A DNA stretch of 58,046 nucleotides from a virus (taxonomy: Duplodnaviria; Caudoviricetes), in IMG/VR virus record IMGVR_UViG_3300032294_002030, positions 1 to 58,046 of that record. One strand, given 5' to 3'. A program made the position numbers and the translations under genes. The notes under the pieces were generated by a model that worked only from the letters and a program-made list of their open reading frames with translations, was not told the origin of the DNA and made no database searches. Shown here one piece after another: positions 7,616 through 17,484 of the stretch (positions are counted from its first letter, which is position 1; each line of letters starts with the position of its first letter).

Positions 7616-9667
7616 ATGTCGTTTAAAAATTTAGAACAGCGATATAACGAAACTGTAAAAAGTTTATATGCCGGGGCCACCCTGAAATTTGATAACGGAG
7701 CGCCTTCTAATGGAAGAAACGATGATCCATTAATCGTGCGTAAACCGGGAGATGGGTATTGGAATTTTGCGGAAAGCCGTTCCACACCCATATCCAGCGC
7801 TACACAAGACGTAAAACGACTAACTTTATTTACTACAAGTGTTCGCGGTATAAAGTTTTTGGCAAAGCAGCAAATACTTCAGACCGGCAATACCTTTGAA
7901 TCAACTCGAATAATCAATCCGTTATTTACGATTGGAAATGCGGTGCCGTTTGTTCGTTTAAAGAGAAGTTTGGACGTTCCTATCACCGCGAGAGGGGTAC
8001 TTCGTAATTTAGTGGGGGATAACGTACTCTCTAGAAGAATATTTGGATCGGGTGCTCAAAAAACAGATACCACTTCTCTGAAAAGAATTGCTCAACTGCA
8101 ACAAGAAACATACAATAAATTATCACCGAAGTCAGGGTTACATGGCGCGGGGCGATCTTTATTAACTAAAATACCTGTAATAGGACCGACCATTTCAGCG
8201 GCAAGCGCAAAAAGAAGCATGGGAGAAGTGGGTGATGGGTGGAAAGAAAGCCGCCCCGAACTTGCTAGCTCTAATCCTTTGAAAAATACGAGTCCTCTCG
8301 GGAGGGCCGTTACGCAAGTGTCACGTGCGATTTTGGGATCAACGTTAACTGATATCTTGACTCAGTATGACGCTGGTTATATAATGATACGCCAGTTAAA
8401 TGCTCTAAATAAAACGTGGCAAAATAACCAAGAAATCAAATTTACTCCACGGTTTGGGCCAAGTGTTTTGGCGGGCACGTATACTACGTATTTTGATTTA
8501 ACAAACAACAAAAAAGATTTTACGCATTTTACATTTTTAACCAGATCAACCAGATTTGGTCTGATACGTAGATCTCCCGAAGCCGAAAAAAATGATTTAA
8601 AAAATACATACGACGAGTCTAGCGTTAAGTCTTTACTAGACAGCAATAGAATAGATTATGGGATAATTAACCGAAGTAAATGGTATCAAGAAGAAGCAAA
8701 TAGCGACGGGGAACAAATGCCATATCTCAAGTATTTTACGGGAGATATAGAAAGTATTACTGACGGAGCACAATTTGATCCTCAAAATTTAAACACAACA
8801 AACGCGAAGTATATTGCAGAAACCCGCACGGATAAAAGCAAAAAAATATCATATATAAAGGATCCATCGAACGAAACCGTGGCGTTGGAAGTTATTGACG
8901 GATTGAATATACAACCCGCATACGCTCTTATAAACAACACATTTGATGATTCCATATATGTTTCTTTTGCGATGGGAAACAACACTCCCGTTTCGTTTAG
9001 AGCGTATATAACAGATCTAACACAAACCGCAACACCTGAATACAAGCCATATCAGTATATCGGTAGAATAGAAAAATTCATAACATATACTAGCGTACAA
9101 CGCCAAATTTCATTTAAACTGGGCATTCTTGCATATTCAAAGGACGAGATTGAAGGTGTATGGCGAAGATTAAATTACCTAACGGGATTGGTTTTTCCGT
9201 ATGGATATGTTAGAGGTATATATCAACCAAACATAGTTAGATTAACTATAGGTGATATTTATGACAATCAACCGGGATACTTAACCAGCCTTACCACGAA
9301 CTTTAACGAATTGTCAGAAACGTGGGATTTGGATAGACAGGTTCCCATAGCAGCAACATCTGACATATCCTTTACGTTAATAGAGAAAAATACAAAGGTG
9401 GCAGATTCTCCGTTTTATGGTATTACTGAAGGCATGGAAGGATTTACTGCCAGAGTATCTAGTGAACAACCTGATGTTACGTATCAAACAAACGAAGCTC
9501 CTGCTGGTAGTACTCTATCTAACATCCCTCGGTCACAATTTAGAGGAACCCCGGGATTAGGAGATTCGGTAATATTTCTACCACCCAATCCATTCCCCTC
9601 AAATAGATTTAGAGGATTTGGTGGGGGCGGCGGATTTAGCGGCGGTGGTGGCGGAACTTCGTTCTAA
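7616..9667 (+). CDS. Tail/baseplate structural protein (tube-initiator-like C-terminal domain)
   Basis: FRAYITDL..YIGRIE..Y...RQISF..P.IVRLTIGD pattern; follows tape measure. Confidence 0.6.
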   Translation: MSFKNLEQRYNETVKSLYAGATLKFDNGAPSNGRNDDPLIVRKPGDGYWNFAESRSTPISSATQDVKRLTLFTTSVRGIKFLAKQQILQTGNTFESTRIINPLFTIGNAVPFVRLKRSLDVPITARGVLRNLVGDNVLSRRIFGSGAQKTDTTSLKRIAQLQQETYNKLSPKSGLHGAGRSLLTKIPVIGPTISAASAKRSMGEVGDGWKESRPELASSNPLKNTSPLGRAVTQVSRAILGSTLTDILTQYDAGYIMIRQLNALNKTWQNNQEIKFTPRFGPSVLAGTYTTYFDLTNNKKDFTHFTFLTRSTRFGLIRRSPEAEKNDLKNTYDESSVKSLLDSNRIDYGIINRSKWYQEEANSDGEQMPYLKYFTGDIESITDGAQFDPQNLNTTNAKYIAETRTDKSKKISYIKDPSNETVALEVIDGLNIQPAYALINNTFDDSIYVSFAMGNNTPVSFRAYITDLTQTATPEYKPYQYIGRIEKFITYTSVQRQISFKLGILAYSKDEIEGVWRRLNYLTGLVFPYGYVRGIYQPNIVRLTIGDIYDNQPGYLTSLTTNFNELSETWDLDRQVPIAATSDISFTLIEKNTKVADSPFYGITEGMEGFTARVSSEQPDVTYQTNEAPAGSTLSNIPRSQFRGTPGLGDSVIFLPPNPFPSNRFRGFGGGGGFSGGGGGTSF

Positions 9668-9681
9668 TTTAGGAATTTTAT

Positions 9682-9942
9682 ATGCAAAAATACTTATCTG
9701 AACCAACTATAAGAAAAACTGACTCCGGTGTTAGATATTACAGCACTGCAATACCAGTTGTCCCGAGTCTTGCCGACATAAACTACACTGTAGTATCTGT
9801 TTTGGGTGATCGGTGGGATACATTGGCGTATAAATACTTGGGGTCTGCTAAATTTTGGTATGTGTTAGCTAGCGCAAATAATGGAGCAAATGGATCAATG
9901 TTCATAAAGCCCGGTACAGTTATAACTATTCCAGAGGTATAA
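9682..9942 (+). CDS. LysM/tail-X-like baseplate protein
   Basis: GDRWDTLAYKYLG...WYVLASAN...PGTVITIP. Confidence 0.75.
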   Translation: MQKYLSEPTIRKTDSGVRYYSTAIPVVPSLADINYTVVSVLGDRWDTLAYKYLGSAKFWYVLASANNGANGSMFIKPGTVITIPEV

Positions 9943-9946
9943 TGTC

Positions 9947-12900
9947 ATGGCGTTAGCGCACAATTACGGTTCATTTGATTATAAAGCAATAGACCCCGTT
10001 ATTCGAGAAGTATTAAATACTAGATCCAAATTGGATAATACGATACAGCTTGCTATGCCATTCGTAAAGGCTACTACTACCCTTAAAAATAAAATGTTGG
10101 GAGAGGGCAATGTAGGATTTACGTTAGGGCTACATGGTATTTCAGAGAATGTAGAGTGGGAATCTATGTTTTCTGAACAAAGTAACGATTTACCGCTGAT
10201 TGGATACACGTATGGTATCGATGGAGCCCCGCGTAAAGTATATGCACGGGACTTCAACCTAGACTTATTTGTAAATGAATTGAAAATACATTCTACTATT
10301 ACCGACTTAAATAGACTTCCTCCTCCCGGTATAACTCAAGTTAGTATAGGAAGATATAGAAATGGATTGCTAGCCTCTGCTCAGCTTAATATAACCATTC
10401 CTTCGTTGTTACAATTAGAAAGTTTGCAAAAAACGTTTTTAATTCCCGGCGTTGGAATGATATTGGAGTGGGGACAGCAGTTTGCGAAGGGTCAAGAACC
10501 AGTTAATACTCAATACGGAGAGCTTGGATTAAACGACATAACGTTAACAAACAGTGTTTTTCCGTGGCATGACAGAAATAAATTAATGCCACTCTTAAAA
10601 CGATTGGGATATAATAATGTTGGGCTATCTGAGATAATACAAAACTACGTGTATCCTACGCAAGGCCAGTACATGTGGATGTTTGGTAGAGTTGCAAACT
10701 TTTCTATAACATCTAATGCAGATGGGTCATTTGAATCAACCGTAAAAATAGTAGGTCCGTCCGAAGATTCGTGGGCATACAGTACAAAAAATACGGTGGT
10801 CCCACCAAAAGACGCCTCTACAACATATTTTTGTTCAGCGAAAACAAACAGTATATACAGTTATTTTACCGAAACTGTTACTGGACCAAACTTCAAAACA
10901 AAACTAGATCAAACACTAAATCCGCAAAATAATTCTCCGTGGAAAAATCATGTAATAAAATTCGCACAGGGTAACAAAAGGGAAGGAAAAGACGCGAGTG
11001 AAACTAGCTCTCCTATCACTAGCCAAAAATCGTTTGGAGATTTGGAAGATGCGTATTTCATTTCTTGGAGATTTTTCGTAAACGAAGTGCTGAATGGCAA
11101 TCAAAACAGCGTAAAATCTGCGGTTTTTGCGAACGCGCTGGTTGATTCGGAATTACAAAAAGTTGGCATGCTTCTTCCATATGCACACGGAGAAAATAGA
11201 ACTAATACAGAAATTGCTTCTATGTCATATATAAATGATCCGTGTGAAAGTTTTGTTGGCATGAACGAATACTTGCGGTCTGTTGATCCATCTGTTATGA
11301 TAATAGTAAACGAATCGGCGGTAGAAATCGCAAAAAGCAGTAATCAATATCAATCTATCAACGCAACGGATGATATATTTCGAGAAACCGACGACTCAAA
11401 GAAATTTAAACTAACGGGGCTTGGTTCATTTGATAGATCTGCGCTTCAATACTACCCAGATAAGATTGATGGTGGTTTTTTGAGTGCCGGGGTTTGGTTA
11501 AACCACAAAGCCGTAATAGAGTGTATGATCGGCGGCGATACGTTAATGCGGGGAATCATAAATTTATTAGATAGAATGAATGCCGCTACTTCAAATTATT
11601 GGCAATTAACATTAGATACAATTGAACCAATAGCAGGAATGCCGCATTCGTACAATTATATAGTAATGGATGCAAACTACAGAGAAAATTCTGTTACAGC
11701 GACCGCAAGATTTATTAAAAATGTTCATACATTTAATAAAGTAACTAGAAAAAGTCAAGCTTCCGGTGAATTGTTTGGGTCAGAATTGATTGGATGTGCG
11801 GTAGATTTGTCGTTACCAAAACGACTGTTTTCTCAAATAGCAACTCTTGGGTTAGTACAGCCGGAGGATCTGAAAAAATTAAATAGTACAAATCCCGGAG
11901 AACCAGAAAACGTTTCTCCTAAACTGTCGGATCCAAACGATACAATTCGTCAATTGTTTGCTGAGATATCTACTAGCTTAGTCGCATCTTCAGATGACGA
12001 ACAAGGCCCTGATTTAACTATTCCGCCCAAAACAGAACGAACTGCATTATTAGCGGCTCAAAGTTCATGCGGAGCAACTAATACCACAACCACGGCACAA
12101 ACGTCTGGCGACGGACAACGAGCGGATAAAACGGCTGTTACTGCTGAATTCTCCAAAAAATCCACTGAAGAATTAACAAAGGAAATAGATAAAGCAAATA
12201 AAATTTTACAGCGCCCCGGGTGCAGTGAATGTGAACGGTGCGTTTCATCTAAACCACCGACTCCTTCGGTAACTCCTTCCGTGACCACTACTACCACTAC
12301 TACCAGCACAATATCTCCATTAGGAAAAAAACTATCAGAATTAACGATTTCCGAAATAAAGGCTGTACAGAAACCAAACGGAACTGTATTGGCGGTTGGT
12401 AAGTACCAAGCTATACCTGCTACTTTTAATGCGTGGGTGCGATCAGAAAAAATCGCACCTGACACGGTGTTTAATTCAACAACCCAAGAACAACTTGGCG
12501 ATTGGCTAATCGTAAAAAAGCGACCGTTAGTTGCGCGATACGTAAACGGAGACCCGTCTGTAAGCATTGAAACTGCACAATTTCAATTAGCACTTGAATT
12601 TGCTTCCATACCAGTTCCATTCAGAGTATATCGGCCACCAAAGACCGCTGGTAGAGACGATCCGGGTAAATGGGTAGAACCCGGAGAATCTTATTATTCT
12701 GGTGTGGCGGGAAATACATCACAAAATTCAATCACGCGGTATCAAAACGCACTGCGCCAAGCTAAGGAAACAAAGTCAGTACAGCCGCTTAAAGAGTTTA
12801 TAGCCAAAGGAGAAGGCGGATACGATGCAATTAATAGGGGAAAGGCTGGTGATACGGTGCTATATAGTAAAAAATACTATAGCGCGCTGAATCCTACTGT

Positions 12901-13546
12901 TAATTCTCCCGCTGCATTAGTTACTACTACCAATTTACCGCTCCCGACTGTTACCCCAGTCGCAACCACCGCAAATACAATATCATGCGACGAGTTGTAT
13001 GCTGCATTAGGAAGAGCAAATAAACAACCAGATAATCCATATTTAGTAGCAAAGGTTGGTATTGCATCACCGGACGATGTTACTATCGGTAAACAATTTT
13101 GTAATGACTGTGCAAGAGCAAAGAAAATAATACCTCAAATAAATGATATTCTTGCGGCTAAACAAACGTATGAAAATGTAACACGAAACTTTTCCGGTCT
13201 ACAACATATTTTACGATATATTGAAATGTTCCCTGACTTCATGGTCTCTACGATAACAGGAAATGCTAATGGTGTATTTTCTAATGCGTTTGGAGCGTCA
13301 CCCGGATCATTGTCAATATCAGCAGACATAGAGCTTCCGGGAATAAATGGTATTAGAATAGGAGAATTGTTCTGGATAGATAGAATACCTTCGTTTTATA
13401 AAATTTTCGGTGCATTTCAGGTCATGAGCATAGAAGATGTAATTGATATATCTGGATGGAGAACAAAAATACATGCTAGATTCAACTATTTAGGTAAAAC
13501 ATGGAAAGAATCTATGGCAGCTATTTTAAACAAGGGTACTGTATGA
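9947..13546 (+). CDS. Baseplate hub protein with inserted lysozyme/lytic transglycosylase-like domain
   Basis: C-terminal IELPGINGIRIGELF..Q.MSIED.I...GWRT hub pattern; AVGKYQ..P.T, EFASIP, IAKGEGGY motifs. Confidence 0.7.
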   Translation: MALAHNYGSFDYKAIDPVIREVLNTRSKLDNTIQLAMPFVKATTTLKNKMLGEGNVGFTLGLHGISENVEWESMFSEQSNDLPLIGYTYGIDGAPRKVYARDFNLDLFVNELKIHSTITDLNRLPPPGITQVSIGRYRNGLLASAQLNITIPSLLQLESLQKTFLIPGVGMILEWGQQFAKGQEPVNTQYGELGLNDITLTNSVFPWHDRNKLMPLLKRLGYNNVGLSEIIQNYVYPTQGQYMWMFGRVANFSITSNADGSFESTVKIVGPSEDSWAYSTKNTVVPPKDASTTYFCSAKTNSIYSYFTETVTGPNFKTKLDQTLNPQNNSPWKNHVIKFAQGNKREGKDASETSSPITSQKSFGDLEDAYFISWRFFVNEVLNGNQNSVKSAVFANALVDSELQKVGMLLPYAHGENRTNTEIASMSYINDPCESFVGMNEYLRSVDPSVMIIVNESAVEIAKSSNQYQSINATDDIFRETDDSKKFKLTGLGSFDRSALQYYPDKIDGGFLSAGVWLNHKAVIECMIGGDTLMRGIINLLDRMNAATSNYWQLTLDTIEPIAGMPHSYNYIVMDANYRENSVTATARFIKNVHTFNKVTRKSQASGELFGSELIGCAVDLSLPKRLFSQIATLGLVQPEDLKKLNSTNPGEPENVSPKLSDPNDTIRQLFAEISTSLVASSDDEQGPDLTIPPKTERTALLAAQSSCGATNTTTTAQTSGDGQRADKTAVTAEFSKKSTEELTKEIDKANKILQRPGCSECERCVSSKPPTPSVTPSVTTTTTTTSTISPLGKKLSELTISEIKAVQKPNGTVLAVGKYQAIPATFNAWVRSEKIAPDTVFNSTTQEQLGDWLIVKKRPLVARYVNGDPSVSIETAQFQLALEFASIPVPFRVYRPPKTAGRDDPGKWVEPGESYYSGVAGNTSQNSITRYQNALRQAKETKSVQPLKEFIAKGEGGYDAINRGKAGDTVLYSKKYYSALNPTVNSPAALVTTTNLPLPTVTPVATTANTISCDELYAALGRANKQPDNPYLVAKVGIASPDDVTIGKQFCNDCARAKKIIPQINDILAAKQTYENVTRNFSGLQHILRYIEMFPDFMVSTITGNANGVFSNAFGASPGSLSISADIELPGINGIRIGELFWIDRIPSFYKIFGAFQVMSIEDVIDISGWRTKIHARFNYLGKTWKESMAAILNKGTV

Positions 13547-13947
13547 TAGATCAAGAATTACTTTCTATATTAAAAAAAGAATCTGATACTTCTTTTATAA
13601 AAGGATTAACCGCGCAGCCTGTTAAGCATATTCCTGTTATAACTCAAGCGGATGCGCGTTCTACCTTTTTAACGAGGTATTTTGTTAGATCGGTAAATGA
13701 TTTATACTCTACTATTGAAATCGACAAAAAACAGTACGAGTCTTTTAAAAATAATCCTCGATTTATTACAATTGAACTCGAATGGAAAATAATAGGCAAA
13801 AAGGAAACGCAAACATTATTGTCTGGCATTCCTTTGTATGGGGTATCCGATACTAACCGAATAGCAGTTGCAGATGCGGACTTGACATTTGGGGGGCTTC
13901 GTAGATATATTACAGACTATCTGGAGTTTTGGATAGCGGAGGAATAA
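13543..13947 (+). CDS. Hypothetical (probable baseplate) protein
   Basis: ATGA overlap with the hub stop; RYFVR motif. Confidence 0.6.
   Translation: MIDQELLSILKKESDTSFIKGLTAQPVKHIPVITQADARSTFLTRYFVRSVNDLYSTIEIDKKQYESFKNNPRFITIELEWKIIGKKETQTLLSGIPLYGVSDTNRIAVADADLTFGGLRRYITDYLEFWIAEE
13882..13911 (+). promoter_or_regulatory. sigma70-like promoter TTGACA-N18-TATATT
   Basis: Consensus match just upstream of the replication block. Confidence 0.55.
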
Positions 13948-15204
13948 ATGATTATTAATGGTTACGATGAATATAAATCTCTGTTAGAGCGTATAGATCG
14001 GGAGGAGTGCATACTCACCCCGATTTTTCGTGATGTCCATTACCATCCCGTAGAAAATCAGTTACTTTGTGTCGGGATTACGTTTTTAGATTATTCTACA
14101 TACGTCATATCAGTCTCACATTCAGACGCGCGTATGTTCGACATCCCTAGCAAACCTAATATCATGTCACATGAAGATATTCGCGTACTTGCATATGTAA
14201 CTAATACACAGTTTCCTGAACTAAGTTTTACTCCATATGTGCTAGAAACTCACAACACGTTTGGTTTATCAAAAGACATAAACAGAATAATTCCCATAAC
14301 AGTTTGGTCGTCTATAATTAAAAAATATAACAACAAATTAATCGATATTTTACTCAATAATAAAAAAGAATTAACGTCGAATAAATATATTTTCACAAAA
14401 AAGTTATTATCTGTTTTGCGCAGAATAGAGAGCGCGGGCATTTACGTTGATAAAGATAAATTAATAGCGCGGTTTGGTGAAACAGTTAATAAATATTTTC
14501 CTACAAATTACGTATATTCTCAATATAATCCATATACAATTACCGGTAGGCCAAGTAATAATTTTGGCGGAATAAATTTTTCTGCGCTAAATAAACATGA
14601 TGGGACTCGCGATGCTTTTATTAGCAGGTATGAAAACGGAACTTTAGTTCAAATTGACTTTGAAGCATATCATTTGCGGTTGATTGCGAATGAGCTAGGG
14701 ATACCATTGCCGCCAACGTCTATACACAGGGAATTAGCTAAGCTATACTTTGGTACCGAACACATAACAGATGAGATGTACGCTCAGAGCAAACAAAAAA
14801 CGTTTGAGATTATGTATGGTATGTCGCAAGATACATACAACGTTGAGCTATTTCAGCGAATTCATGAATTGCGCCATAAATATCAAGGTCAGTCATCTAT
14901 TTTATTACCGAGTGGAAACAACGTAGATGTGATTGACCCGTCGCCTAGTAAATTATATAATTACTTTGTACAGTCATTGGAGACCGTACGAACTCTTCCT
15001 AAATTAGAAAAAATTTTGGATTTGATTTTTGATACCCGTTGCCACTTGACATTGTACACATATGATAGTATATTACTAGATGTGGAACAATTTGATACAT
15101 TACTCATAAAAGATATAGTAGACGTATTAGAAGAAGATAAAAAATTTCCCGTGAGAGTCTACGCGGGAACAACTTATGGTAACATTAAAGAGATTAGTTT
15201 ATGA
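13948..15204 (+). CDS. Small divergent family A DNA polymerase-like protein
   Basis: TGRPS, motif A IDFEAYHLRL, motif B KQKTFEIMYG, NYFVQ, motif C YTYDSI. Confidence 0.75.
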   Translation: MIINGYDEYKSLLERIDREECILTPIFRDVHYHPVENQLLCVGITFLDYSTYVISVSHSDARMFDIPSKPNIMSHEDIRVLAYVTNTQFPELSFTPYVLETHNTFGLSKDINRIIPITVWSSIIKKYNNKLIDILLNNKKELTSNKYIFTKKLLSVLRRIESAGIYVDKDKLIARFGETVNKYFPTNYVYSQYNPYTITGRPSNNFGGINFSALNKHDGTRDAFISRYENGTLVQIDFEAYHLRLIANELGIPLPPTSIHRELAKLYFGTEHITDEMYAQSKQKTFEIMYGMSQDTYNVELFQRIHELRHKYQGQSSILLPSGNNVDVIDPSPSKLYNYFVQSLETVRTLPKLEKILDLIFDTRCHLTLYTYDSILLDVEQFDTLLIKDIVDVLEEDKKFPVRVYAGTTYGNIKEISL

Positions 15205-16082
15205 AAAAACCTTCAATTGGTATAGTTGGGTTAGGATACGTAGGATCCGCCGTACGCAACGCATATGGTCGAAAAACTCTACCCGGCAAAGTATATATTT
15301 ACGACATCGATCCATCCAAAACCCACTGGAGCGCCGTGCGGTGCTCTTCATTGAACGAATTAGCCGCCCAAGCTGAGTTGATTTATATAGCGGTTCCGAC
15401 TCCGATGATGTTATCGGGTGAGTGTGACACAAGCATCGTAGAAAGTGTTATTGAACAGCTTACTCAACACACATCACCTCGTGTCTTGATTATTAAATCT
15501 ACAGTCCCACCGGGGACTACGGAGCGCTTGCAAGCAAAATATCCTAGTCATCATATTTTTTTCAGTCCAGAATTTTTAACTGAAGCAAATTATTTAAACG
15601 ATTATTTAGATCAAAATCTATTGATATTGGGTGCGCCTGAACGAACTCCATTTGTGCTTTCCAACGCGGTGTTGGAAGAGCAAGCCAGTGTGTTAGACCA
15701 TGTTAAAAAACACATCGTCGTTTCTTCTACTACGGCGGAAATGTTCAAGTATATGGCGAATGTATTTTTGGCAACAAAAGTAACGTTTGCAAACGAAATG
15801 TTTGACGTAGCCAATGCGGTTGGTGCGAACTGGGATGATTTGCAACTTCTACTTACGTCCGATTCTAGACTAGGCAAAACTCACTGGAAGGTTCCCGGAC
15901 CAGACGGACACCGAGGATTTGGTGGATCGTGCTTTCCAAAAGATATATCTGCATTGATCGAAGTGGCAAACGCCCACGGAGTAACTATACCTCTAATAAA
16001 TGCCGTACAGGCCCGAAATGTTTTAATAGATCGTCCTGAACGTGATTGGGAACAATTAAAGGGTAGAGCAGTAGTAGAGTAA
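15201..16082 (+). CDS. ugd: UDP-glucose/GDP-mannose dehydrogenase family protein (short form)
   Basis: GLGYVG, AVPTP, KSTVPPG, SPEFL, GFGGSCFPKD. Confidence 0.9.
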   Translation: MKKPSIGIVGLGYVGSAVRNAYGRKTLPGKVYIYDIDPSKTHWSAVRCSSLNELAAQAELIYIAVPTPMMLSGECDTSIVESVIEQLTQHTSPRVLIIKSTVPPGTTERLQAKYPSHHIFFSPEFLTEANYLNDYLDQNLLILGAPERTPFVLSNAVLEEQASVLDHVKKHIVVSSTTAEMFKYMANVFLATKVTFANEMFDVANAVGANWDDLQLLLTSDSRLGKTHWKVPGPDGHRGFGGSCFPKDISALIEVANAHGVTIPLINAVQARNVLIDRPERDWEQLKGRAVVE

Positions 16083-16144
16083 AATATTACTTTGGGGGAA
16101 TAATGTAATATTTATTAAAAGATTCTTTCTTGAACTTTTAATGG

Positions 16145-16549
16145 ATGTTACATATGATTGAACAAACTCAATTGCTTTGTACGTTTGCTGCGGCAGACGA
16201 GCTTGCATATACAGTAGACGAAATTAAAAAGGCATACAAACTTTCTTTTAATAAATTATATGTATTAGAGAATGTAAACGATAACGCTCAGCTTGTATTG
16301 ACATATAATATTGTAAACGTGTTGGACAAAGCTACTCCTATTTCTACTATTGCAGTACACCGAAAAAAGCAGACAAATACAATTTACACAATAAACGCTA
16401 TTAATAAATTAATTGAAGCCAATAATAACGGAATTTTAGATAAAACTTATAGAATCAATTGGGAAGAATTAAAGAATACAGTATTAGTAACCGCCTACGG
16501 AAAGCTAAAAATAGTAAATACTAAATTACTTAACATAATTAATTTCTAA
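16145..16549 (+). CDS. Hypothetical phage protein
   Basis: QLLCTF..TYN..HRKKQTNTIYTINAIN; TATTTAT motif upstream. Confidence 0.65.
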   Translation: MLHMIEQTQLLCTFAAADELAYTVDEIKKAYKLSFNKLYVLENVNDNAQLVLTYNIVNVLDKATPISTIAVHRKKQTNTIYTINAINKLIEANNNGILDKTYRINWEELKNTVLVTAYGKLKIVNTKLLNIINF

Positions 16550-16626
16550 TCTTTTGATTTTCACCGAATACTTGCTAAGGATAGCAAGTGTATTAAACAC
16601 CTAAACATTTTAAACGAGGACTAAGT

Positions 16627-17415
16627 ATGACCCTAAACATCGCTGCACTTAAACAAAAACTAAGCCAATTTAACAAGCAGGGTAATCAAACTGAAGCGCT
16701 GTGGAAGCCCACCGAAGGCCGTCACATCATCCGTATTGTACCGTGGAAGGAAAATCGGGAAGACCCTTTCATTGAGTTGCACTTTCACTATCTTGGTAAC
16801 AAGACATATCTTTCCCCGATTTCTAATGGCAACCGCGATCCTATTTTAGAATTCGCAGAAGAAGTTTCTTCTAGTGGAAAAAAGGAAGACTGGTTACAGT
16901 CTCGCCCGTTCCGCCCAAAACTACGCACCTTCGTCCCAATAATCGTGCGCGGTGAAGAAGACAAGGGAGTTCGGTTTATGTCTTTTGGTAAGACCGTGTA
17001 TACTGAGCTACTTTCAATCATCGCGGACCCTGATTATGGTGATATCACCGATGTACAGTCAGGAAGAGATATCGTGGTAGATTACATTCCCCAAGAAAAG
17101 TCAGACACTGGGTTTGCCAAGACCACGGTTCGCGCTAAGCCAAACATGACTCCGCTAGCAACTAATAGTGGATTAATCGAAAAGCTTTTGAATGAACAAC
17201 CAGACTTGCGGGTTATTTTCAAGGAACCTTCTTTCGACGAATTAAAGAATGCTCTTGCGAAATTCTTAGACCCGGACAACACCCCACCAGAAGCTCCCTC
17301 CTCTTCTGCCGATGAAGGGCCGCAGTCAATAACAACAAAATCCTCTACCGCTTCTACTAAGGCGAGTAAGACGAATCAAGACATCGCGGACGAATTTGAC
17401 GCTATTTTTAACTAA
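16627..17415 (+). CDS. Single-stranded DNA-binding protein, T4 gp32-like
   Basis: WKP..IRIVP, FGKTVY, DYGDITD..GRD, acidic tail DEFDAIFN. Confidence 0.85.
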   Translation: MTLNIAALKQKLSQFNKQGNQTEALWKPTEGRHIIRIVPWKENREDPFIELHFHYLGNKTYLSPISNGNRDPILEFAEEVSSSGKKEDWLQSRPFRPKLRTFVPIIVRGEEDKGVRFMSFGKTVYTELLSIIADPDYGDITDVQSGRDIVVDYIPQEKSDTGFAKTTVRAKPNMTPLATNSGLIEKLLNEQPDLRVIFKEPSFDELKNALAKFLDPDNTPPEAPSSSADEGPQSITTKSSTASTKASKTNQDIADEFDAIFN

Positions 17416-17421
17416 TAACCG

Positions 17422-17469
17422 TTGACATTTCTTAAGTGGTCCACTATATTTAACGTGGACCACTTAAGA
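17422..17469 (+). promoter_or_regulatory. sigma70 promoter TTGACA-N17-TATATT within a perfect 15-bp inverted repeat
   Basis: Arms 17430-17444 and 17455-17469; -10 lies in the 10-nt loop. Confidence 0.75.
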
Positions 17470-17484
17470 TTTATGGGGATCTAT

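Noticed and set aside
9600-9667. GC-rich Gly tract as an RNA element or insertion
   Set aside because: Explained as an in-frame low-complexity FGGGGGFSGGGGG C-terminus
17422-17484. TTG start extending RecA to 412 aa
   Set aside because: The TTG is the -35 box and the extension is the palindrome; ATG 17485 is more plausible
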